Source: Octopus bimaculoides (lineage: Eukaryota). Taken from it: DNA of 64,000 nt. The stretch spans positions 36,014,150-36,078,149 of the forward strand of contig NC_068983.1 in assembly GCF_001194135.2 (NCBI RefSeq), written 5' to 3'. The position numbers and the translations under genes were made by a program. Shown here piece after piece: positions 26,301 to 38,870 of this stretch. The number at the start of each line of letters is the position of its first letter. Positions within the stretch are counted from its first letter, which is position 1. The notes under the pieces were generated by a model, which did not search any database, was not told the origin of the DNA, and saw nothing but the letters and a program-made list of their open reading frames with translations.

Positions 26301-27838
26301 AATTAATTAGGTAAATTTTTGCAGTTTTCAAAAATAAGTTCTCAGCTAGAAACTTTGGGGGATTTTTATCAGATCAGATTGGAGCCTGATGCAGCCGCTG
26401 GCTTTCCAGACCTCAGTCAAACCTATGCCAGCATGGAAAACGGACGTTAAATAATGAAACAAAAAAGAGACATAGTTCAGTCATTTTGTGGAAGTGCTTC
26501 AACAAACTTTGTTCATGGATTATGGAATGTGTCCACTATGAAGCAGTGATAACATTAACCTAATTTGGAGCACAGTGTGAGTGAAAAGGTTGGACTTCTG
26601 AGCTTTTTGCCACAGTACCAGCTGCTGAGGAAACATCATGATTTAATGTCTTCTTCACACACACATACATACACACACACACAAGTATGTATAGTAGTTA
26701 TTTACTAACCCATTACTACATCCTCTATGGCACCAATAATCATATCGAATTTTGCATCACTACTACTTGACCTGTACAATGAAACAAAGAAAGAAAAGAG
26801 ATAAAGGTAGAAGCAACATAATATTGCTTGAAAAATGTCAACTTAGCAAATAAAAATTACCAAATTTTGATTATTGGGTCACCCCATGAATAATGCGTTT
26901 TTTTTATACTTCTTTTATTTTTCAAAATTAAGATAAACAAATTTCTCTTTTATTCTAAAATATACTCTCCTTCATTTTCTACAATGCTCTTCCATCTATC
27001 TGGTAGACTTACAAGGCCCCTCTTCCAAAATTCACTTATCTGTGACCCAAAAATACTCCTCCATTACTGTTCTGACCTCGGAATAAATGATAATCAGATG
27101 GGGAAACATCCAGTGAATATGATGGGTGGGGCATCATTTCCCATTCAGACTGTTCCAGCCTTTGGAATGTCATCCTCACTGTATGTGACCAAGAATCATC
27201 CTCATGGAAGAACACCTTTTGTCTTGAAACCAAAGATGGTTCATTTTTCTTCTAACGCTGACTTGAATGATCAAATCCAAGCTCCTCTGCTAGTTCTTCA
27301 ACAGTTACAATGGGATTTTGTTCCACCAGGGTGCACAGGATGTCCTCGTTAAGCTCTACAAATCTTCCAGGGCAAGGCTCATCTTCTAGGCTGTAGTTTC
27401 TGGCTTGGAATTTCTAGAACCATCGTTGACACTGGCTTATGTTTATTGTCCGATCCCTGTAAACTGCATTAATATTCCTTGCACTTTCCGTTGCATTGTT
27501 GCCTTTATTGAACTCATGAAGCAAAATATGCTGAATATGCTCCTTTGTCACTTCCATTGTAGTTTTGAAAATATAACTGTTAAAATCAAACTGCACTCTT
27601 CAAAACTTGCACTAAGAATAAGGACAAGATAAAATTATTACCTGCTTTTATAGCAAGTTAATGCAGGTAGTTTATTTCATCCCTCTCTGACTTTTAGTTC
27701 ATACAATTGAAAAAACCGCATTATTTATGAGATGACCCAATACACTAAAAACAATTTAAAAAATTATATTTTATGTCAAGAGAAAAATCTCAAATACCGA
27801 GATACTGCTAAGTTTTCTTCTGTTGTTTGTAAGTCCAT
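20159..27838 (-). CDS. ARL2BP: ADP-ribosylation factor-like 2 binding protein (BART), complete, 156 aa
   Basis: Minus-strand exons 27838-27798, 26771-26710, 25177-25071, 24818-24733, 22281-22185, 20236-20159 total 471 nt, all GT-AG with matching phases. Protein MDLQTTEENLAVSRSSSSDAKFDMIIGAIEDVVMEEEFQMLQHNFLERYFHEFIDTEENKFIYTDIHREYINLVEKYL...EIFELLLTFSDFLTFKEMILDYKAAKEGRTVDLSGGIMVTSFSKEGPTS* matches the recalled BART domain over its full length. Confidence 0.95.
20885..21232 (+). mobile_element. CR1-like LINE 3' end
   Basis: TCGHAYKVRKQHSSHDFRKHIFTLRVAGAWNKLPT*VV...SFKT matches the recalled CR1 ORF2 C-terminal motif; ends in (ATT)n. Confidence 0.75.
23680..23890 (+). repeat. tRNA-derived SINE, family with GACTTTGCCTTTCATCCTTT..GGTCGATAAA.TAAGTACCAG core
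   Basis: Head GCTGGCAGAA..GTTAGCAC and B-box-like GAGTTCAAATTC. Other copies at ~1-160, 6700-7050 (two), 56260-56470, 56970-57175 and 60195-60375. Confidence 0.85.
26874..27740 (-). mobile_element. Mariner (DD34D-type) element, internally deleted, in an ARL2BP intron
   Basis: Imperfect ~30-bp TIRs (TTGGGTC...ATAATGCG.TTTTTT) with TA on both sides. Transposase remnants MEVTKEHIQHILLHEFNKGNNATESARNINAVY and HPSYSLDVSPSDYHLF (YSPDLAPSD-like motif). Confidence 0.9.
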
Positions 27839-30329
27839 TCTCTTCAAATACCTAAGGAAAGAAAGTGTATAAGTTTCAGACACTGAGCTCATACAGATGT
27901 TTTAGTTTATGAGTAAAGTTTCAAATGCTTGTAGCAGGAATATTTAGCAATCAGATCATTATATCCAATGTTCTGATTTACCAGAATATTACCTGCATCA
28001 TAAAAAATATCTGACCAATCAAGACTTGGTTCCAACAATAATTTCACCTTTGGTGTGCTTCTTTCAGAGCCAAACCACCACTGTATATTCAGTGTAACTA
28101 GCCCCATTGACAACAGATGGCAGTTGATCCAAGCACTGACATAACACAAAAGAAATGAACAGATGGCGAATGAAAAACATTAGAAGACAGTAGCACAAAC
28201 AGTGGCTAACCACAATCGAATGGACAGACAGCGACAGTAACACAAAAACCAGCTAACATTTTGACTGCTGTTACAATAACACAAATCCAAGAACAATAAT
28301 CTTCAAACTCTCTTGATGTTTTGTCATTCATAGTAAAAACAAACATTCCTTTTGTTTATAGAAAGAGTAAATATTTTTGGAATCAAAAATCTCAAAAGAT
28401 TTCAGTATTTTTCTTTGTAACATGCTTATCAACAGTTTAATACCCACTGCTTTACAATAACAAATCTTCATCTATTCTCATTTTGTATTCTTTCATCAGA
28501 AAACCTATAAGTTTCTAAAGTCTGAGCTAAATATTAATTCCTAAAATTTTTAGGCCTATCTTTGTCCGATTTATTCTTTTATCACATTTCTTTGTCCTAT
28601 TTACTCTATCACATTTGTTCTTTTTCTACAGTTTATGTCTAAAACTGCAATTCATCTCTTTTATAAGTGCTGTCCAATACTTCCACCAAATAGTCTCTTG
28701 GAACTGGACATTGCCTTGTCAATAGCAAAGAAACAATACTCTCTTTAATCTTTTAGTTGTTTCAGTCATTGGACTGTGGCTAGAGCACCATCTTGAAGGG
28801 TTTTTAGTCGAAAAAATCAACCCCACTACTTATTCTTTTAAAGCCTGGTATGTAGTTTATTGGATGTAACACCAGCTGTCAAGCAGTGGTCATACACACA
28901 CACACAATGGGCTTCTTTCAGTTTCTGTCAACCAAATCTACTCAAAAGGCTTTGGCCCAGGACTATTGTAGAAGACACCCAAGGTGTCAATAAGCAAAAT
29001 ATCTGTGTTGCATCATTGGTAACAATGGTGATATTAACATGAATGTCAGTCATGGAATTGGCAAAGCTGTAATCATATTCCAGAGAATGTGCACTATCTG
29101 GTCCTCCAACACTATCAGCTTACACACAAAGATCTGAATCTATAAAAGAATAGTTCTACCAAAAGTTGTCTATCCCAGTTAGATATGAAGGATAACATGA
29201 AAATTGATAGAAAGTTAGAAGTGTTCCACCAAAGATGCTTGAGAACAATGCTATTCTAAAACAGTTTTCAAATGGACATCACATTATCATCATCATTTAA
29301 TGTCTGCATTCCATGCTGGCATGAGTTAGACAGTTTGACTGAATTTGGTAAGCTGGAGAGCTGCACCAGGTTCCAGTCTGATTTGACATGGTTTCTATGG
29401 CTGGATGCCTTTCATAATGCCAACCACTCCAAGAGTGTAATGGGTGCTTCTTATGTGCTACTGGCAGTAAATTGAAAATGACATGGTGCAGAACATCCAT
29501 AATTGAGATGAGAGAGGTTAATATCATGTGGCTGGATGTAGAGAAAACTGCAGCCAACAGAAACCAGTGGCATCAACTTGCTTGAGAGCAGAGTAAGAAC
29601 TGTTACTCATATTTAGGTGCAGGCATGGCTATGCGGTTAATAAAATGTTGCATCCAAACCATATGGCCTTCAGTTTAGTCCCAACTACACAAATACAGCT
29701 CCAGGCCAACCAAAACCTGGTGAATAGATTTGGTAGATAGAAGCTGAAAGAAGACTGCCATGTATATATGTTTGTGCATATAAGACATGTAAAAAGCATG
29801 ATCTGAATGTGGTTGATGCCAGCGCCCCATGATTGGTTCCCGTGCTGGTGGCACGTACAAAGCACTATCCGAATGTGATCGATGTCAGGGTCACCTGACT
29901 GGCTCCTGTGAGGGTGGCACACAAAAAAGCATCCACTACACCCTTGGAATGGTTGGTGTTAGGAAGGGGAACAGTCTGTAGAAACATTGCCAGATCAGAT
30001 TGGAGCCTAGTGCAGCTGCTGGCTTTCCAGACCTCAGTCAAACCATCCAACTCATGCCAACATGGAAAACGGACGCTAAACGATGATGATGACATACACA
30101 CCCTATCTCATTCTATCCGCTCCTGTATACCTCTGATCCCCACCCACATCACTGAGTACCTCTTCCCCTCTCCCTACACTTTACATCATCTCCCTATTTC
30201 TCCTCCATAATTTTATTACATAGCTGCTTTCCCTCTCAGTGGTGTTTCTCCCTGGCACAAAACCAAACTGCATCTCATTTAGACGAACTCCCTTCCTAAT
30301 AAGTTGATCCCCTCCATAACTTTCATCAC

Positions 30330-31085
30330 CTGGCCCAACAGTTTGATATCTCTATAATTATTTCTGTGTAAGGCATCACCTTTACTTTTCTAGCAGTTGA
30401 CTATGTTGCTGCTACACCAGTCATTGGGTATGACTCCCTCGTGTACAATCTAATTAACTATACGCATAACTAGAGCATAAATCACACTGCCAGATCTTTT
30501 AAGCATCTCAGTGGTGATCCCTGATGGGCTGGGGGCTTTCCCCATCTTCATGGCTTTATCTACCAAGTTACTGTCTATTGGATTGCTAGTCCCTCTGTTG
30601 GATCTACATTAGGCAGACTCTCCTTCTCTCATGTGTTCTCTACATTTAGTAGCTTTTCATAGTGGCACTTCCAAACCTCTTTCTTTGCAGAGTTACTACC
30701 TGCAAGTGAACCATTATCCATGTGAACGCACTTCTCTCTCCCACATCACAATTTTCCCTGGCACAATGTCTTGCAAATCAAAACACTTCAAGCTGCTCAT
30801 CCTCATGTCGCAGAACATTGGAAAACTTCTTCCTTTCTGCTTCACCTCTGACTAAATATACCTGCTTCCTAGCTTCCTTTTTGGCTACCTGATATAGTTC
30901 CTTGCTACAGCCACCCTTCCAAGTCTGTTTCTTTGCTTTAATAGACCTGTCAACCAACTGCTGGACTACCATGTCACCGTAGGTCTGGTTCGAACTTTGC
31001 ACCAGCCAAATATTTGGTCTGTGGCTTTCAAAAATATCACCCCATGTCCAGAATGCGCAGTTGGGGTTTCCATAAGTGTTAATGC
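30330..31085 (-). mobile_element. Decayed RTE-LINE ORF2 internal fragment
   Basis: Minus frame VDRSIKAKKQTWKGGCSKELYQVAKKEARKQVY...ERKKFSNVLRHEDEQLEVF lies in the region between the endonuclease and RT domains; stops and frameshifts. Confidence 0.7.
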
Positions 31086-31439
31086 ACAAACAACTTTTCT
31101 TGAATAGGCATTGCTAAAATTGAGGTGTGTTTAATAAAGCAGTGTGTCTTCAAAATGTGGTTGTTCCTATGTGATTGTTCAGCCCGCTAGAAATAGTAGA
31201 TAAATCGCCCTCTATTGCCTTAGTCCAAGGTACACCACACATAGAAAAATAAATAAAGAAAAAAAGGTATGTCTTCCGATCACATTTGTACTTGACCAAA
31301 AGTTGATTTGGAGCTAGACAACGATCAACAACAATTAAACACAATAACAAATGCAAAAACATTAATTTTGTAATACATTCGACCTGTGATAATGTTTGAA
31401 TTAAACACTTCTGAATCCTGCATGACAGCTGTAAACTAC

Positions 31440-31632
31440 AAAACAAAATAGTAAATTTCAGAAATATCAACAACTAAAAACAGATTACTCGGAAAACTTT
31501 AAAATTATTTTAGCGGGGTATAAGTTTTTGAAGTCAGTTGTCGTTCCTTCAGAATAATAACATTATATTTAACATCGTCATTCGCTTTATTAGAAATGAA
31601 AGCAAAATTAAAAGATAATTTAAACATTATCG

Positions 31633-31667
<35 letters not shown>

Positions 31668-32700
31668 AACCAAAAATATTCACGCTACTTGAGAAATGTA
31701 TGTGAGCTCTAAACGTTAACAGAAAATTTAGAAAAAACTTTAACTTAATGTTAATTTAATTTTCCACCCCATCAGAAAAATAGGGGCAAAAAACAGATTA
31801 AATATTTTGATAAAAATAAACAAGTGAAAAAGAATGATTAGTAAAACTGACAGACAGTTGAATATTCAAGCTTGTCACAGCAAGTCTGACGATAATGAGA
31901 GCAGAAATAAGCAAATTGCCAATAATAACGGTTTAACCAAGTTTGCTGCTGACATGAAGAAGCTGATCTTGAAGAATAATTGTCTTAGCTACAGAAGTAT
32001 CAAAACATCTTCCCGTATAAAATATTGTTGTTAAACAGCAACAAAGTGTAAAGAAGATATTATTGTAAAAAATTACGTTCTGCTTTCGAAGAAACCAGAG
32101 GATGAAATAATAATCTTTTGAACATACCTTATTGATAATATTTAAAAAAAAATTCAGTAATGAATGATATTCGTCAATAAGGAGAACGGTGTCTCTACTT
32201 GTTGGAGTCCATTTTGCAAAACTAACCAGTGGAAGTTGCGCTTCTAAATAGTGGGAATACAGTGTAAGTCAATAAATCCTATCTGACAGCTTTTAATAGC
32301 CTTTTTTACAAACTAAAGTCAATTTAGACTCACAACAAATTTCAAGAAACAGTTTTTGTGCTGCCAGTCCCGCGTTTAAAGTCATTGCTGTATAATAAAC
32401 GCCACAGCAAGACGGAATGTTGCTGTTAGGGATTTTTCTAATCTTCACCGAAAAAAACAAAAACTTTCTTTTGTTGTTATGGCTTTAATTTACATTCAAC
32501 TGAGCTGTATTTCGTTTGCCTATTCGACAACAGACTGGATAGTTACTCTAATTATTAACATCTCTCTTTAATGAAAATATTATTTGTACATTTAGAAAGA
32601 AAAAGACATCACATTTAAATAAAATACGCATATTTGTGTTCAGACATATCTGTAAAGCCACGTGGTTACGTGTTCGATCTCCGGCCGACTATCGTCTTTC
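31440..32700 (-). promoter_or_regulatory. Putative ARL2BP promoter and 5' UTR exon region
   Basis: The ARL2BP ATG exon has an acceptor at 27851, so an upstream exon is needed. This repeat-poor, CpG-retaining stretch has minus-strand donor-like sites at 32334 (GTGAGT), 32128 (GTATGT) and ~31490 (GTAATC). Confidence 0.35.
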
Positions 32701-33059
32701 TTGGGTTGTCTAATTATGCTTTATGAATGAAATTTGTTACTTGGAAACAATATATATATATATATATATATATGTAGGCACACCTACATAAGTGTGCTCA
32801 TCACCGTCTTTGTTTCCTCATAACTTTCATAAAAATGGATATTTTTAAATGAAATTTTCAAATATAGTATAGATTGCAGTTATATGTGAATTTATTGTAA
32901 AAAAAAGTTTTTCAGCGAGAGGAGTTTCGGAAAATTCCCATAACTCGGCTTTGTTTCCTCATAACATTCAGAAAAAAAAGGTATTTATTTATTGAAATTT
33001 ACTACAAATACTTTTCAGAGTGTGTAGATTAAGATTATTTTAGGATTTAATATGAAAAT

Positions 33060-34030
33060 AAAAAGAAGAAATGTGGACGCACACAGGTGAGATGAGTGAA
33101 GACCAAGCTAATGCAAACTGGAGATGGCCCTGACCCTTCTCCTCTCCATATTGGTCCCAACATCATGGAGTTTGTCAGCTTCTGGACTCTACAGTCACCA
33201 ACAATGGAGACCTGATCCTGGAGATAACCACAGATGTCTGACCACTGGGGTCATGTACTCCCTAGGGAAACCCCTTTGGTGCCACTTCACTATCTATTGG
33301 AAGATGAAACTCTGCATCTACAATGTATTGGCCTTCTCCATTCTCCTCTATAGTGCAGAAATGTGGCACGTGTTGAAAACCCTGGCAAAGGGGATCAATG
33401 GCTTCAATAGCAGAACCTTGAGAACATCAGATGGTACCATTGCATTACCAACAAAGAACTATTTTTGCAGACATTGGCCCACAGTCTCCCACCTCATAGC
33501 TATCTATCACATGTGCTGGTACAGACATGTCCTCTGTCTCCCACTAGATCATCCTACCAGGTCTTTACTTTCATTCAATGCAACAACTGTGGGCTGAAAG
33601 AGGCCTCATGGCAGGCCTCGCACCAGATGGCTGCACATAATTGGGGAAGATTTCCAGAGGCTATAATTGTACACATCTTTATTTTAATCATTGCTGCTTA
33701 GTGTACTTCTAATTAACTAGGCAGTTTAAGATATAGGAAAGAGTCAAATAAGTAGACAAAGAAGCAATAAAGAGTATCGTGCCTGCATGGAAGGCAGATG
33801 TTAAATGATGGTGATGAGGATGATGATAGATGGTGTTGTTGTGCTATGCACATCGGTTCCAGCGTGAAGGCTGGCTAATGGGTCAAGCAGTACAATGGAC
33901 AATCCAAGATTCCAGAAGACGATCAAAAGGCCTAAGTTTACTTGGCTGAGAACAACGAAGCAGGAAGCTGAAACAGAAGCATAGAATAGACAAGGCCAGT
34001 GAGAATACACGGAGTATAAAGTAGTGCTTG
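33060..34030 (+). mobile_element. Old RTE-like LINE 3' fragments
   Basis: GVMYSLGKPLW...KLCIYNVLAFSILLYSAEMW and RRPKFTWLRTTKQEAETEA are typical post-RT motifs of RTE elements. Confidence 0.7.
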
Positions 34031-34699
34031 AGGTAGTAACAATGACTTATTCTTTATTTCAAAAAATATTTCAAAGTGATGAGGGGCTTAATGGAGAATA
34101 AAAGACGAGATAAATTTTCAACTCCATGCATGGAGCAATGAATAGTTCTAAATTTTAGCTCTTGTATAAGTTATTTGTTTGATAAAAAATATAGTATTTG
34201 TAGCATTGTACTAGGGGTTACTCAACAAATGTTTCCAAATCTGTATAAATAATTATAAGAAAACAATCATAGAAATGGAGTTTTAATGCTTTATTTTCAG
34301 AAAGCGAGAAAAAAAAAGTTTAAACCAAAAAGTAAATAAATGTCTACAATGTAATCACAGCAAAAAGGAGATTCTTTAAAAATATAAAGAGCAAAATAAA
34401 ATAAAAAGAGGCATAATAGTTGTGAAAATAAAGTGGTTGATACATCAGCCATTGGTGGTATGCCTTGTGCCTACTTCTAAATTGACAGGTTAGATTTAAG
34501 AGGTGCATACATCTGTATACGCAAGTGCTGCAATGTATTAATATGGAAAATGTATGACATATTGTGTTAAATAAAAAAAAGAAAAAAGCTTATAAATGGA
34601 ATGTTTACAGATGGAATTTGTAATCATCTTGACTCTTATCACAGTCAAAGTAAAGCCATAATGACAACTACTTTTTAATGTTCATAGTAATAATATTTA

Positions 34700-34940
34700 C
34701 CATCGAGCGTGGCCATTGCCAGTACCACCTGACTGGCCCTTGTGCCGGTGGCATGTAAAAGCACCCACTACACTCTCGGAGTGGTTGGCGTTAGGAAGGG
34801 CATCCAGCTGTAGAAACTCTGCCAAATCAGATTTGAGCCTGGTGTAGCCATCTGGTTTCACCAGTCCTCAGTCAAATCGTCCAACCCATGCTAGCATGGA
34901 AAGCGGACTTTAAACGATGATGATGATGTGATGATGATGA
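34700..34940 (+). repeat. RTE-LINE 3' UTR copy, representative of ~18 plus-strand copies
   Basis: ...GAGTGGTTGGCGTTAGGAAGGGCATCCAGCTG...CCAACCCATGCTAGCATGGAAAGCGGA...(GAT)n. Other copies at ~1800, 3842, 9171, 11700, 12740, 23070, 25330, 26360, 29790, 39400, 44760, 52930, 53630, 58900 and 60380. Confidence 0.9.
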
Positions 34941-35273
34941 CAAGTGATGACACTTATCCATAGCAACAGTTGGATGTTGTAGGGTTTTATAAAATTAGGA
35001 AATACAGAACAAGTTAACTTGTTGAATGAACTAAAATTGATATAATTTTTAAAACAGAAATCATCATCATTATTCTAATGCCTAGCTTCTATTCTGGTAT
35101 AGTTTGGATGGTTTGATAGGAACTGATGAATTGGTTTCAAATGACACAAAATATCTGTTTTTGAAGTAGAATGTGGAAGGAAAAACGCTCACTGCATTCT
35201 TGATGGCAAAAGTGATAAGGAAGCATTGATGCAACATGTGTGGGACAAATACAAGGTATTTTTGTTAGTGTGG

Positions 35274-35586
35274 TGTTATGGGCTGTGACGAGCTATGTGT
35301 TGTGGTGGAGAGGGGTAAGGCAAACAGAGGTGAAGCCAGACCGGAAGGGCCAAACCGGAAGGGTCAGATCGGAAGTCGGCGACACGCGGTCGAAGGCTAG
35401 CACGTGGGGCCAGTGAGAAAACAGCGACGTTACGAGAAAGACGTGTTCTGATTAGGAGCGATCGTGTACCTCGCTGCGATCGGCAAGGTAAGGTCCAACG
35501 CTTCATTCTGTCCTTTTGCTTCTTGTTGGCTTCTTCCTCCATCGCACCACAGTTAGAAAGCAAGTTTATTGACTTTCTCACCAACA
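35274..35586. mobile_element. Isolated LTR, probably Ty3/Gypsy
   Basis: 313-bp CpG-rich block bounded by TGTTATGGG...CACCAACA (TG...CA) in AT-rich flanks. No matching TSD. Confidence 0.65.
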
Positions 35587-36699
35587 AGCATAACTAAAAG
35601 GTGCATGCATGTGCACACACATTTACATTTATTAAAGACTAGCTTAAAAGCCACACTCTGTGTGAACTTTTAAGCTAGCTCCTGAGGAGGGTTAATTGGG
35701 CCTGAGACCCAAAGCTAAAGAGAGCTAAATAGCATGGCTATACGTCTATAATGACTATATGTCCTGGTGGTGTTTGATCAGAGGTTAAGGACAGATGAGA
35801 ATTACTGTATTTTAACATGTATAAGGAAACCCCTAATTTTTTAGGCTTAAAATTTGGAAGAAAGGTTTTGTAAGGGATTATAATACTAACCATGTATAAG
35901 AAACTCCCATATTTTTTAAACCTAATTTTTGATAAAAAATGGTCCCTTATACATGTTAAAATATGGTAATTCTGTAATGCAATCATTCCAGCTGTTGGCC
36001 AATTTTTCCCAAAGTTCTTATCTCAATGTAAAATAAATGAAGCGAATTAATTTATCTCCCCCTTGATCTTTGACATCATCTGACAAATGCCAACCAAGAT
36101 GGTGTGAAGCAGCCAATCTTTACCTGCTAGATATAGCAACCTAAATGCTTTTAAATCAGATCCTAATGTTGGATGTTCAAGAACCAAATGAAGGGCAGAT
36201 TTTCAATCCTGGGATCATCCTAATTCCAAAAAGTTATAATATGTCTATGTAGAGCAAATGTAGACAGAGATACAGGGGTCTTGGACGGATAGAATTTCAC
36301 ATTTATTAATAGAGAAAGCAACAGTACAGTTGTTTCAAATAACGGTTGTATTTTTTCAAAGATATTAATGAGATGCACATCTTTGATACAAACTGATGCA
36401 ACTGTAAAGGATTGTAAAAAATAACTTTCTTGGTAAATGGATATAGACTCAACATATATAATTATATATTGAGTCAATCTTCAGTCAAATTTTATGTATT
36501 TATATATATAGTTCCAATTTTCAGAAAACAGAAAAAAACAGGTGAGGGAACAACAGGTAGGGGTATTAGTTTGATGCTCAGGAAGAATGGAAAAGTCTTT
36601 GATGTTTTGAGCTTATTGCTCTTTGACAGAAAGGACTGAGAGGGGAAAAAATGGAGAGAGAGAGAAATGTGTAAGGATTAATGGTTTAAGAAGATGTAA

Positions 36700-37370
36700 T
36701 CACCTGGATCCGTAAGATCAAGGTGGTGGCCAGGCTACAAGGCATCGATGATGTAACAGGTCTCATGGCCCTGAACCTAGAGGGATTTGCTAAGCTGGGA
36801 ATGGTCAGATGGACAGGGGTTGATGAGTATGCTGCTGAGGTTCAGAGACTGGCCATGCTATCTGGTTTTACTGGAGAGGGTCTAGAGAAGGAGGTACAAC
36901 TGGCCTTTGTAAATTGCTTTCCCGACGACATATCAGTGTGACTGCAACAACTGCCAGGTAGTGAAAAAATGGCGATGAGCGAGCTCATTGCTGAAGCTCA
37001 CATGTCAACACAAAACACCAGGTGGAAGGCAGTGGTGATGGCAGCTGCAAAAGCCTGTGACGTAGTGCAACAACCGGTAAAGAACAAGGAAGAAAAACTG
37101 CGACAGTGACCATTCATGAGCCGGTGCTTCAAGTGCCAGGGACTGCATAGAGACGAAGCCAGGAGCCGTTTGTTACTGGTGCAGGTAGACTGGGCATATC
37201 ACTCGAAACTGCAGCCAGGGAAAAGGCCACAGGAAAGTTGCTGCTTCTCAAACTTACCCTGCAAGCAAGTAGAGGCACTTGTACAGTCACTACCCATAGT
37301 TGAAGTCATGGTTGGGGGAAAGACTTCAAAGCCCTCATGTATACAGGCTGTACAACATCTCTTGTGACCC
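36700..37370 (+). mobile_element. Ty3/Gypsy gag-protease remnant
   Basis: Interrupted frames VARLQGIDDVTGLMAL.LEG, WTGVDEYAAEVQRLAMLSGFTGEGLEKEVQLAFVNCFPDDISV, a CFKC zinc-knuckle remnant, and LPIVEVMVGGK preceding the protease site. Contains stops and frameshifts. Confidence 0.75.
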
Positions 37371-38515
37371 CAAGAGTGACCAATAGAATAAGTACCAGGC
37401 TTTAAAAAAATAAATACTTGAGTTAATTCATCTGATTAAAATTTCTTCAAGGCAGTGCCCCAGCATGGCCACAGTCAAATGGTTGAAACAAATAAAAGAC
37501 AAACAATAAAACTTCAATGGTTATCCAGACAATTTGAATTTCATTATGAAATAATTTGTTAGTGAGGTACAAATAATATTCCCGCTTCAGCACCTCTGAG
37601 TTTATTCACTCTAACAATAGTATCCAAATTTTGTCAACAAAATTTGATTAACTTTTGCTTCTAAGCTTGTATATCTCATTCTATGACACCACCATATCAT
37701 CCTACTGGTAACAGACAACCAGAGAGACATAATGGAGTGATATGGAAATCTACTGAATATATACTACACTCCCAAAACTTTGGAAATGAAAGTCGTTCTT
37801 CCTGAGGTATTTGCAGCTAACCATTAGACCCTTATGTAATGGAAAGTATGATTAATTAATCCTTATTTTGCAATATTTTGAAAGCCTGATGAATGAACTA
37901 ATACCAATGTCAATGACATCACTTGCTCAGGATGCAGTTAAATCAACTGCCAAACATGTTTGTAATTGAAATTAAAGAATTCAACAGGCTAAAGACGTCA
38001 CCTGAAGTGATTCAGAATTAAAACCATTTCATATGAGAAAAAACACCTAGTTGTTATTATGACATTGATTGGAGTAATAAAATGTTATTTATGACCTCAA
38101 ATAATGTGGTGACAAATGTTATGATAAATGTGAGTCTTTACTTAATCTTATGATAAATCTTAATCCTTGACTTAATGTTTCTTTATAAATCTCATATCAT
38201 TTTTACTGTTGTATATTCTCACTAATTATCATAGCTTATTGAATAAAAGATTTACTTTAAAACTTCTTACAACACATGTATAATAACTATCCATTAAATC
38301 AGTGTTTCACTGAAGATCATAAATATCTCTGTACAGGTACAAAAAAAAATTTTATGGCTTTAGAATCTTTGTTATCCATCTCCTCCATCAATCACGTTAT
38401 CTTGTACATTGAATAAAGGGTCATAATAAGACGTATAACTGGTGACACTAAAACTGTAAACAGGGGAAGGCTGTAATATTGCAGGTAAAATGTGAAATCT
38501 CGAATTGACATGATG

Positions 38516-38870
38516 TCAAAGATTCTGAGGGTACCTCGGCTGGATGGGGGTAGACATCTGGTTCGCCAGTAAAACAGAACATTCTGGAAATATGCGGTAT
38601 CGTGTTGTTTTGAAAGAATCATTCCCTAGAAATAAAATTCAATAAATAATTTAAATTTTATACAAACAAACAAATGAAGGTTAAAAATACAAAATACTTC
38701 AAAATTGATCTGATATTTAACATTCAAAATGGTGTATATGCACACACATGTACAATTTCCTGTCATGTCATCTAAACCCTGAACTCTGTCTGAAATGTCA
38801 GAAACTCTATTTCCAATGGCAATTTTATCTCTATTCTTTCTGTCACATTTTTCAAACAACACAAGTTTTG
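38516..38870 (-). CDS. Tentative last two coding exons of the uncharacterised membrane protein
   Basis: Exon 38870-38778 (acceptor TTCTCCTTCAG, weak donor GTTTAG; AKLVLFEKCDRKNRDKIAIGNRVSDISDRVQ) and exon 38625-38516 (acceptor TTTTATTTCTAG; GNDSFKTTRYRIFPECSVLLANQMSTPIQPRYPQNL*) both continue the phase-1 frame. No homology support; a 407-nt N gap lies just upstream. Confidence 0.4.

Noticed and set aside
27907-28149. 80-aa minus-strand ORF upstream of the ARL2BP start exon
   Set aside because: No recognisable homology, not needed for the BART model, and no splice combination connected it convincingly; it might be UTR.
35276-35587. 103-aa ORF
   Set aside because: It coincides exactly with the GC-rich LTR; openness is explained by base composition.
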